A stretch of 63,279 bases of DNA, filler included, from Welwitschia mirabilis (lineage: Eukaryota), in NCBI GenBank assembly GCA_051453625.1. It is 3 parts of one record of this genome, joined end to end, with 100 filler letters (N's around TTAATTAATTAA, not from the genome) between each part and the next. Parts side by side here need not be neighbours in the genome. Positions count along the whole stretch, not along the records: positions 43,379 to 63,279 come from JBOZIK010000001.1; 2 more parts are not named here. One strand, written 5' to 3'. A model generated the notes under the pieces. It saw only the letters and a program-made list of their open reading frames with translations, ran no database searches and was not told where the DNA came from. The position numbers and the translations under genes are program-made. Shown here in pieces: positions 52,405 to 63,279 of this stretch. The first letter of the stretch is position 1. Each line of letters starts with the position of its first letter.

Positions 52405-55400
52405 TGTAACACTTCAATTAATCAAACTCTTAACAAAATGTATGCTTTAAGTTTTTTTAAATGATTAATAAAATATCATTCAATTATAAAAATTACATTG
52501 AACTCTTATAGAAGCAGTAGGAGTAAGTAAGAGCACTACTATATCCTTAATAAATAAGGGATTAATTAAGTGGTGTTATGTACCTATATGGACTACATAT
52601 TTTTTTCCTAATTACTATTTAATTATTACTGTATTAAATTATTATAATAATTAGAAATTAAAAAAATATCTTTATTAATTATTTTGTATTAAATACATTA
52701 ACACATGATAGAATTAGAAGAAAAGCTTTTAACTATTATTTTTCATTTGCTTTGTAGCATAAAAACTATATTTATTATAAGAAAACATCTATAATCTTAT
52801 ACTCAAAAGAGAAATGATATCATCCAAGATGGCTTACCCTACTTGTAATTTCAAGGAACATACGAACCGAAGGTCCTAGGTTTAAATCCTTGTGGAGGCA
52901 AGAGGACTAGTGAAATGTTGCATTTTGGTATCTATCACTGTAAGCTTGCATAGATCCTAATGTTGTGGGGAGTTGTGCATCATGTATTATCTAGCTAGAG
53001 TTCCACTAGAAAAAAAAGAGAGATGATATCATAATAATAATTATAATATCATAATTATATAGTAGCATAACCTTGAATTTGACATAGATATTTTTAACTT
53101 TGATATATGAGAATTGGTATTAGCCACATCACACTTTAAAAGGATTTAATTTAGGAGTAAAGGATAAAAATATATATAGTAATATATTATGAAAAAAAAA
53201 GAATATAAGATAATAAGTAAGTATGTGAGATAAGTAAGTAATGGTATTTATCTTAGAACTATATAAACTGTGACTTGAAAAAGAGATTTGTGCATATGGT
53301 TAGAATAACAAATAATAATATAGAATTTTATAATTAAAATATCATGACATATCATCATCTTCATTGGTTATGCTTTATGTATCATATGAAAGATCATCCC
53401 CATTGACATATTCATAAAGACAAAGAGCAATCAACAAAACTCATGTTAATATCACAATAAATATTTTCACCATAAGTAGTACTTAATTTACATCAAAATT
53501 AAAAATTTCATTAGTCATACTTTATATTACATTTAAGAGTTCATCACCACTAATACAACCATGGATATTAATGGTGAACACATTTTTTAGTAACATTCCA
53601 AATAAGTTTAGAACTATTAAATGATATTAGTGTTATAATTATGAACTTGAAGTATATTAAAAATAAGTTTTTAAGATAAAACATCTAAAAAAATGTTTAG
53701 ATTGGGTTGGAATAATATTTTTCAAAAAAAATTTTAAAAGCATGTTTACTTATAGAAAAAAAACATATGCACAAAATATTAGTAGGAAAAAGCTAAGTCA
53801 ATTATAATAATAATTTATAACTTCATATTTCATGTTCCATTTGAAATGTTCATTTGTTCACTTACAATAGCTCAACTTTCAATTGATTTTGAGCTTTTTC
53901 TTAGTATATGATTGCGAAGCTTACTCAGTGGACCATGGCACATAAGGAATCTTCTCTATTAAGCTATAGTGAGACAAAAAACCCCATCATGTGATGTGCT
54001 AATACATATTGGGATGCATATGGATAGGGGTTCCCTTAAAATAAATTAAATAATTATTACATTATGTAATGTAAACTTAGTGTATCTTCATAAAATATTC
54101 TAAATTAAGTCTTTATTAGTAAACTAAATTTATTTAATAAAAATGAGGAATTATAACACTACCCCCTAATATAGCAATTCTCTCCTGGAAATTATAGTTT
54201 TTATAAGAGTTTGACATAATACTGTTTCCTAAATAGATAAGGATATGACTTTTTCATTTCATCTCATAATTTTCATGTAGCTTGTTTAATCCTATAGTAA
54301 AGCCACTTGATCTTTGCTTGTGAGATCTTCTTACTCTATCCTAGAAGTGTAAAGTAATCCAAGATTGTTTTTGGTCCCTTTATAATTGAAGAGGTTTTCT
54401 TCACCTATAGGTTTTACTAATGTATAACATAAGATGAATCATAAACATACTTTCTTAGCATATTACAATCAATTACATTATGCATGTGTAGTAAGAGAAA
54501 AGATAAAAATAGCATGTATGCTAAAGGGCTAAGCTAGTCTAGTGTTTTAAAAGATCTAATGTATTCATATTAGCCTTCATGGGGTAGCTTATAGAAAGAT
54601 GTGTTCATCCATTTGAAATTTTAATGGTTGCTTTCTTTTATTAGCATAGCTATTCTATCTATTTGAAGCTCTTTTAATTATTTGCCTAATTATTTTTATT
54701 TTATTTTCCATTTAATATATAATTTCTAGTCCCACAACCATTCTATATTTAGACTCACTTAATGATATCGGTAATTTACACTTTCTACCATATAAGGCTT
54801 CATATGCAACTGTTCTAGTAGAGATATGATAAATATTAATATAATCATATTTCATAAGATTTAAATAAAGTTTCTCACTTTGTGGCTTATCAAAGATAAA
54901 TTCTCTTAATAAATCTTCTAATACTAGTTTTACCCTTTCTACTTAATCATTTGTTTAAGGTAGAAAGGTTATAGTCATGCTAATCCTAGTTCTTAATGTA
55001 TTTGTAATTCTTAAAAAACTTTAAAAGTGAAATGAGAGTTCCTATCTAAAATTATTATCTTAGAAATTCAACAAAAACTAACAAAATGTTTTAAGTGGAT
55101 TTGAGTAATCTTCCCCATATGTTAATTTAATAGAGATAATGTGTCTAGAATGTATTTTTTCCTTCCATAATGTTACCATAATGGAATCAAATTCCTTTAA
55201 GTCTTATATTATTATAGGTTAAGCCTATGTTGGTGATATCTTATTTCTTTGTTGGAATATCACGCAGATAAAAAAAAACTTATATGATTCTCATATTCTA
55301 ACTTAATTTGATAGCATGTCAAGCATTTAGTCACATATGCTATAACATCCTTCTTCATTTGGCCATCATAGATTAGTTTTCATGTCTTATCACATCTTAT

Positions 55401-57200
55401 TTGTACTAGGAGAATCATCTATATAAAGATGGAAAAATTAATACATTAATCTTTTTATTAGATTATCCATAGCTATATAAACATACCTCCCTTAATGTTA
55501 AACAAAGCCATCCTCTTTTGCTATAATATCCTACATTTTTTGGTTGCAAAATTTATTCTTTTAATGTTCAAAGATTTTTATTCTGTCTTTGAGATTTCAT
55601 AATGATACTTTTTAATAATTGATTTTTAACTTCCATTGAAGGATTCATGTGTTCTCTATGATTAAGAATATCTATTACCTTATTTTTCTCGTCTTGATTT
55701 AAAATTAAAGTCACAATGAAAATTCATTCATTTTTTTTACCCCTTAGATTTGACTTAAAGGGAGTGAAGTTAACACTTAAAATCTTGTAGTATATAAGCA
55801 GTGATAGTATAATATAAGAGAAAAGACTATTGCTAAATTTGTAAGTCATAAACATAATACTTCCTTTGATTTGGCTTTAATTTTTAAGGAACATAAGTTA
55901 TTAGTCTCCTTTCTCTTCAAAGGGCATAACCCAATCCTTCTAATGCATTGGTGCATATAACAAATACTTTTCTCCCATCTTACATTACTGATATAAGAGT
56001 AATGATCAATATATTTTTTAACTTATTAAATGATTATTCATTTTTAAATATCCATTCATATAATTTATTATTTGTATTCTATTATTTTAACTAAATAAAG
56101 TCTACATGTCAAATCCTTTTATGATATAATATTCCATGCATCTTAATTTTACCTTAAAATTATGGGATCCTTATTTGATTCTTGAAAACATTATTTACAT
56201 TTGTACCATAATTACTGCACTAAGATACTTTATTCCAAAGTTTGGTTTGTCTCTTTGAATATTCTCACAATAAAATAGAATTTTCTTTTTCTTACTCCTT
56301 TTTTTATAGTGTTTTCTTACATTGTCTTATGAGCTTGATCTATATTTATTATCTTTTAGGTATCATAAGTGTCCTAATATCTATGTAACCATATCTTTTT
56401 ATCTTAATACCATCTCTTTTAGATGAGTATTTTTAAATAGTTTTTTTTTTTAAATTTAGAATTATTACTCTATCTCAAGCTATGAAAAAAAAGTGTAAAA
56501 CTAGTACATTGCCTTAGCTTTTATATCTAACATGCCTAGCTCCAGCCACAACATCTCACATGTCAATTGAGTTTTAACATTGAATTCATCCAAAAGAAAC
56601 CATTTCTTCATATTTCCTATTTTTTTTTCCATTCTGTTATAAATAATTATAATCCCTAATTTAGACATGCATATAGAATAATTTACTTCATTATTATCTT
56701 GAACAAATATTTTTAGGCATTCCATGTCTAGATTTTTTGTTTCTTAAATTTATCGTCCATTCTATAGTATGCCTTTTAGCCATTGATTGCTCTTTGTAAT
56801 ATAACTTAATTCTTTTATAATTTAAGTGAATTTTAATTTTATGTATCTATAGGTATCAATAATATTAAATTATTTATTATGAAACTAGAAAATGTAGTCT
56901 CTTTTTTTTTCTAGAAATTAAAACTTTTTTTAATCTAAATTCACCCCCATCTTTAAATATTCGTAGAACTCTTCGAAGATATGTAACATATTTTATAGCC
57001 CTTGGCTAGAATTAGTAGTAAATTCCACATCATCTACAAAATTAAGAAGAAAGATGAATACTTGATTTATTTGAATTATATGTTTACAAGGAACTGATGT
57101 AATCTAGCTTTATAATTCATTAATGAATACCACACGATGTTGGTGAAGGTAGATACCCTTGCTTTACTTTTATATTATAATTAAATTGATAAGAATCAGG
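52405..57200 (-). mobile_element. Second Tekay-like element, antisense, heavily decayed with RT largely deleted (3' LTR ~52405-54158)
   Basis: Minus strand AATTTCCAGGAGAGAATT..TAGGGGGTAG-TGTTATAA at 54158 mirrors 42834-42878. Integrase KKDVIAYVTKCLTC near 55320-55360, RNase H VFVICTNALEGLGYAL near 55920-55970 and a chromodomain remnant near 54240-54370. The LTR end TGTAAC at 52405 and the distal boundary are tentative. Confidence 0.75.
52824..53017 (+). mobile_element. tRNA-derived SINE with A-tail and target-site duplication
   Basis: Flanked by AAAAGAGAAATGATATCAT (52805-52823) and AAAAGAGAGATGATATCAT (53014-53032). B-box-like GGTTTAAATCC at 52879-52889 and A8 tail at 53010-53017. Confidence 0.8.
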
Positions 57201-57385
57201 TTTCTGCATTAGAGGGATATATAATTTCTTGATGGAATTGAATAAATTTACATCAATATTAAATTGATGTACTATTTTTCATAATTTTTCTCTCAACACT
57301 AATTAATATACTATTTTTGATCATCTAATAAATATAAAAAGTATCTTTGTAAAATCATGTTGTAATAATCTTAATCATAATGAAT

Positions 57386-58204
57386 ATTAAGACTTAGTTC
57401 ATTTGAAATTTTAATTTAAATCCATCTCTTTTTTAGGGGGAAACATTAGTTTAACCTAGTGGTATTAGAGCTCAATCAGTTAATATAATGAATGACCTAC
57501 TAATCAAGTACTCCTCATAGAGTTTTATCTTTAGTTTGATACTAGAAGTTTCAAAGTTAAAGAAACAAATTTTTATATCATATAATTTAAAATATTGTAT
57601 TATTAAAATTAGAACTAAAATCTTATTATGCTATAGGCCATAAGAATCCATTACACATCTAAGATATACACATCATGAGATTTGAAGATATCATTAAGAA
57701 AGTTACCAAGTATTCTTAACACAATTTAAAAGTAATCAATTAAATTGGTAATGGTAATGCAATACTTATGCCTTATGTGATTAAGTATAAAACATTAATA
57801 CTTAGTTCATTTAAAATTTTAATTTAAATCCATCTCTTTTTTAGGGGGAAAACATTAGTTTAACCTAGTGGTATTAGAGCTTAATTAGTTAATATAATGA
57901 ATGACCTACTAATCAAGTGCTCCTTATAGAGTTTGATCTTTAGTTTGATACTATAAGGTTCAAAGTTAAAGAAACAAATTTTTATATCATATAATTTAAA
58001 ATATTGTATTATTAAAATTAGAACTAAAATTTTATTATGCTATAGACCATAAGAATCCATTACACATCTAAGACACACACATCATGAGATTTGAAGATAT
58101 CATTAAGAAAGTTACCAAGTATTCTTAACACAATTTAAAAGTAATAATTACATTGGTAACGGTAATGCTCTACTTATGCCTTATGTGCTTAAGTATAAAA
58201 CATT
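57386..58204 (+). repeat. Tandem duplication, two near-identical ~409-bp units
   Basis: CTTAGTTCATT at 57393 and 57801, and TGGTATTAGAGC at 57460 and 57869. No N gap between the units. Confidence 0.92.
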
Positions 58205-58899
58205 ACAAGAAATTATATTATTCATATTTAATAGTATTTTGCTTACATGGTTAGTAGCTTCATTTTTCTAGAGAAATCTTAAACCCTCTACCTATTTCAA
58301 CTCTTACATAATGAGATTTTGTTATTATTCTACTAATTAAACATCATAAGTGTTGAGTAATAGTAGTTATTAAATATTTTTAACTTTATGTTAAAAAACC
58401 TACTTTGATGGCCTTTAGGTATAAATGTTTAATTTGTTATGTATTATTCTAAATATTTTAAAGTACCCTTTATTTTACAATATTACAAAATTTTTTAGGA
58501 TCATAATAGAAAATATGCTTTTGAATATCCTATTTACTAATCCATAAAATCATTAATTAGGTATCTTTAGGATTAGATAAATCTAGAATTATTTACTAAT
58601 AGACATGACTTTTAGATGAAGTAATAGCTTAATAGTGCTATTATACTAAAGGTTCTATGTTCAATTCTTGGCAAGTTATATGTTGAATTAGGGTAAAATA
58701 TAATGAGTTTGTCATGCCTTCAACATCATTCTAAGATTCATAAGACTATGAAATAGTAAATACCAAATTAATACTTATGTTTTTGGGAGGGATGTCAACT
58801 AGATATTTTAAGGATTATAAAAATCTAGCATTCTTCCCTAATAGTCATCGACTTTAGATGAATCTATAGCCTAAAAAAGACTTCATCATGAAACCATTA

Positions 58900-61800
58900 T
58901 TTATCTTAGATTAAAAACATCACTTTTTTAAGTATATGTTCACTATGATTACAAAAATATTATATATGCTATAAAATAAAAAATATCTTTAAGTTTTAAG
59001 GACATCCATCTCTACTTCAAGTAATATAATACAATATTTTATTTATTCCTTCACTTTGAACTCTTTAACGTGGACAACTTTTAAATTTTTTTTTCTATTA
59101 TTTGTTTTCTAGATGAAGACTTTAAATAACACACCTGTAAAGAATAGTTAGTTAAATAATAGCATGATAGATTTACCTTTAAATTTTACAAGCTAAAATA
59201 GATTCATTCATACATATGCATTTCAAGAAAAACAAGACTTTTATTCCTCTTCTAACTATTTGAAAAAAGCATTTGTCCCATTTCTAATTGCATTAGAATT
59301 CTAACTAAGGTGTTTATACTATTAAAGCATACTAATTATGTGTGCTAAGNNNNNNNNNNNNNNNNNNNNNNNNNNNNNNNNNNNNNNNNNNNNNNNNNNN
59401 NNNNNNNNNNNNNNNNNNNNNNNNNNNNNNNNNNNNNNNNNNNNNNNNNNNNNNNNNNNNNNNNNNNNNNNNNNNNNNNNNNNNNNNNNNNNNNNNNNNN
59501 NNNNNNNNNNNNNNNNNNNNNNNNNNNNNNNNNNNNNNNNNNNNNNNNNNNNNNNNNNNNNNNNNNNNNNNNNNNNNNNNNNNNNNNNNNNNNNNNNNNN
59601 NNNNNNNNNNNNNNNNNNNNNNNNNNNNNNNNNNNNNNNNNNNNNNNNNNNNNNNNNNNNNNNNNNNNNNNNNNNNNNNNNNNNNNNNNNNNNNNNNNNN
59701 NNNNNNNNNNNNNNNNNNNNNNNNNNNNNNNNNNNNNNNNNNNNNNNNNNNNNNNNNNNNNNNNNNNNNNNNNNNNNNNNNNNNNNNNNNNNNNNNNNNN
59801 NNNNNNNNNNNNNNNNNNNNNNNNNNNNNNNNNNNNNNNNNNNNNNNNNNNNNNNNNNNNNNNNNCTAAGGTGTTTATACTATTAAACCATACTAATTAT
59901 GTGTGCTAAGCACTGTGACTTTGGTTTCCTATATATTACATTTCATTTCTAAATACTAGAAAGAGTCATTAAAAGTGCTAAGAAATTATTCAAATTAATT
60001 TGTTGAGTTTTTAAAATAATGTCATCAACATATAACTCGAGTTTGAGAAGACTATCTTTAATTGCAATTACATATTTGATCAGAAAATTATACATTAAAT
60101 ATTCAAATAGAACTAGGAAAAGAGGACATCCTTGTTGTCACTCTCCTCCTCCCCCTACCCCCATGCATCCTCCCCATGTCCCCTCCAAAAATAACATTTC
60201 TAAGTTATATTATACCTTTCCCCTAAAATAACATGCCTAAGTTATATTCATACCTCTTTGTAAAGTTTTTGTATTGTAAATAATAATGTTGTTTAAGCTT
60301 CTACATTATATAAGCACCTCCATAAATTTCTTTAGCTAATAGAATCATATGCCTTAGAAAAGTCTACAAAGGAAGTAAAAGTTTTCTCATGTGGATAATT
60401 TTCTTTATTAATAATATACGTTAGTGTTAATCGAAACTTCTTTATGATATTGCATGTCTCTTTTTACTTTATCTCATAGTTTAATTATAAATTCTAGAAT
60501 AGTTATAAAAGCTTAAAAGAATTATTATTGATTACAATTAATCTATAGTTATCTATATCATCTATGTCTTCTTTTTAAAAGAGCATAAATACCTTATTAA
60601 TATACCATTTCTTATCTAGTCAAGCTTATACAACTAAATTTAATTTCTTCTAAATTTTATCCCGTAGTAATAATTCACTTCATTAAAGAATTTCTTCATA
60701 AAAGTTATCTACATTAATGGCTTTATTTGATGCTAGTCTTTAGATATCATACGTTGTGTCATTAAATAAATGGACAATGTACTATTATCATTTTGAAACT
60801 ATTTCATCTCTTCATTATCAGAAGAAAAATTGAATAAAAGTTTGAATATCTTTAAAATAAAATGCATGTTTTATTCTCTTCTTTTCTAAAGTAAATGCTA
60901 AAGCTTATTGGCTATTTTATAATCATCCAAAATAAACTAGTTTTAATTTCCTTAAAAAATTCTCTTTTTGCTATGTATTAGATTTGTATAGGATGTAATT
61001 AGCTCTAGTGACTTTTAAATCATTAGTCAAATACTAATTGTCTTACATTTTTTATTAAACCACTAGTAATCCTTTGCATTTTGTCCTTTAGAAATATGAG
61101 TAGTTGCTATTAGTAAAATTAATGTGACACTTACAATTAAATTCCAATTCTTCTCAAATTCATTTTGGAAATATTCTTTTATTTGTTTATTGCTCTAAAA
61201 AATTATTATCTTTTGGAATGTTCAGTATGCCATGCTTCTATTAATGTCAGGTGCAAGGGGTAATGATAAGATTTAATTAATTATTCAAATACCTTAAAAA
61301 AGGTAATTTTAATAATGCTATAAGGACTATAAAATATAAATTTAATGCTATAGTAGCTTGAAGGTTCTGTTAAAGTGAACCTACTAGATTTTAAAAATTT
61401 ACTTATTCCATTCAAAACAAATAGATCCACTATTTACTTCATTCTACTAAATGATTACTTCTATGACTGAGTTATTTATCTTCAGGGAATTCATTACAAT
61501 TCAAGGTTTATTTTATATTCTAAAAAACCTTGATGATTCTAGAAAATAATAGAAATTAATTTAAGACTAATTTAACATTAAAATCATTACAAGTATCCTT
61601 TCTTCTTCCTAATTAAAAGTAGTAATATCCATGCTAAGGGATTGGAAATGAAAATCTTAGTTGGCTCTTTTTCATTAATATGAAGTGGATCCTCTTAGGA
61701 AAAAGTAATAGAAAGATAAGAATAAAAATAATTTCTATTATAGTATTTTTAGGTAAACATATTAACTAAATTTATCTATCTTTACTATTTAGATTTGCTA

Positions 61801-62300
61801 TTGAAGATAATTACAAATTAAAATAACCAAACCTCTAGATAGTTTTCATTAATTTTATTTTGTTTTAGAGATAAATCCTTAAAAAATAAAAAATAAAAAG
61901 ACAAGTCTAGAACAAACATGTTTAAAGAGTATTTAGCTTCCAAGACTTAGCTACATTAAAAATATCAAATTTGTTAAAGTAAAGAATATGATATAAAATA
62001 GTTATACTACCTACTATAGAGCTTTTAATATTTAAAAAATCATAGGAACATGAAGAAAGCTCATATTTGTAGGTTTTTTGATAATTGTAATATACTCTAC
62101 ATTTTTTTTGAAGATTTTCCTGATTCTCTTGCTTGTTCACTATTTTCCATCTTCCATCTTTTCTGCAAGCTCTTATTAGGTGAAATTCTTATTGACTTAA
62201 ATACTTTTCCTTTAACATTTTTCTTGTTTTTCTAAATGTTTTATCTTAATTTAACATCTTTAAAGTTAATGATAATATGCTCATACTACTCTTATTAATG
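58900..62300 (-). mobile_element. Degenerate RTE/RTEX-like LINE (ORF1 end, endonuclease, RT)
   Basis: Minus-strand motifs in the expected order: FDIFNVAKSW (~61950), NDFNVK (~61580), NKAINVD (~60715), DNYRLIV (~60540), FVDFSKAYDSI..NLWRCL (~60320-60375), QGCPL..VLF (~60120), LYVDDI (~60020) and YKHL (~59310). Boundaries are approximate. Confidence 0.8.
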
Positions 62301-63205
62301 GTCTACTCTAAAGATCTTAAAAATAGGATGCTTTATTTGCTACATTTCCTCTTCAAGCAACTATAAAATTTTATTAGTTAAAGTTTTATCATATTTTAAT
62401 AGAATTAAAATTTATAATTTAAATTTATTATTTATAACATTATAAATAACAAGCTTAAGAGTTTGAGTTTTAAAGATCTAAAACCCTAGTATAAAACACC
62501 ATTAACTAGGATATGTCCTTGTTTATGCATTTGAGTCAATTCATAACTTTTAGTGTTTTATATTGTAAATATATTTTTAAACAAGGTAGTGATATAATTT
62601 TTCTTCCTTATTTTTGTTTTATTTTTTTATTTACTAAAGCACATCAGAATATTAACTCTATTGTGTATGGGTCAAACAATCTAGAGTTCTAAAATAAAAT
62701 AATGATTAAGCTAATTCATTAAAATTTATTAAAACTTTAAGCATTCTTAAATTAAAACTATCTTAATGTAGCTTATACTTATCTTAGAGAATTTGATTTG
62801 TCAGTACTATTCTAGTTGAAAATAATCCTAAATCTTACTATGTTTCTTTGCATGAATACCATACCTTTTTACATTATGTCAAGCAAGCACTACTTAGGCC
62901 TAAAATAATGATTATTTAATTCAACACATAGTTCATATTAAAGACACTAAGAAAGTACATCCCAAATGCATTGTTTAACTCTACTAAAGCTATTGCTTTT
63001 CTAGATGATAATAAAATCATATATACTAAGTTCCCAATATGTTGTTCTTCTTCTTGTGTTTTTTGAAATGCTACCATATATTGCATGTGCAGATATAGTG
63101 TATAACTAATTTCTCTATATTTTTATGTGATTATTAACATTGTACATTAATCATCATAAATAATTAATTATAAAATTAAATGATCTTTAGTTAGTAAATG
63201 GTTAT

Positions 63206-63279
63206 TGTTGCAATGCCAACTTAAGTGTATTTGATAGGGTATTTTGAGTTGTTTTGCAGATAAACTAACAGATAAATGC
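63206..63279 (+). repeat. Start of another Athila-like LTR (5' or solo), runs off the window
   Basis: TGTTGCAATGCCAACTTAAGTGTATTTGATAGGGTATTTTGAGT matches 3203 onward. No PPT upstream. Confidence 0.85.

Noticed and set aside
60145..60190. C-rich tract (G-quadruplex-like on the minus strand; ORF with PPPPTP)
   Set aside because: Low-complexity insertion within a dead LINE RT with no evidence of function.

Overview
AT-rich, CpG-depleted land-plant nuclear DNA from a draft assembly with many N gaps and two artificial TTAATTAATTAA linkers. A non-seed plant such as a fern is a guess only. One intact gene is present: an intronless LEA_2/NDR1-HIN1-like membrane-anchored protein (13774-14454, minus strand) in a GC/CpG-rich island. 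The rest is nested, degenerate transposons. These are several Athila-like Ty3/gypsy pieces (two with an env-like/Transposase_32-type extra ORF, one apparently in tandem sharing an LTR) and a Tekay/Del chromovirus whose RT is split by a ~12.9 kb CACTA-type element carrying sorting nexin 1 exon/intron fragments. There is also a second, minus-strand Tekay-like remnant containing a tRNA-derived SINE with a TSD, two L1-type LINE remnants and an RTE/RTEX-like LINE. No prokaryote-type systems are present. The best candidates for follow-up are the gene-capturing CACTA, the Athila extra ORF with its palindromic motif, and diverged duplicates at scaffold gaps. All homology calls are from motif recognition by eye, and identities are rough visual estimates.
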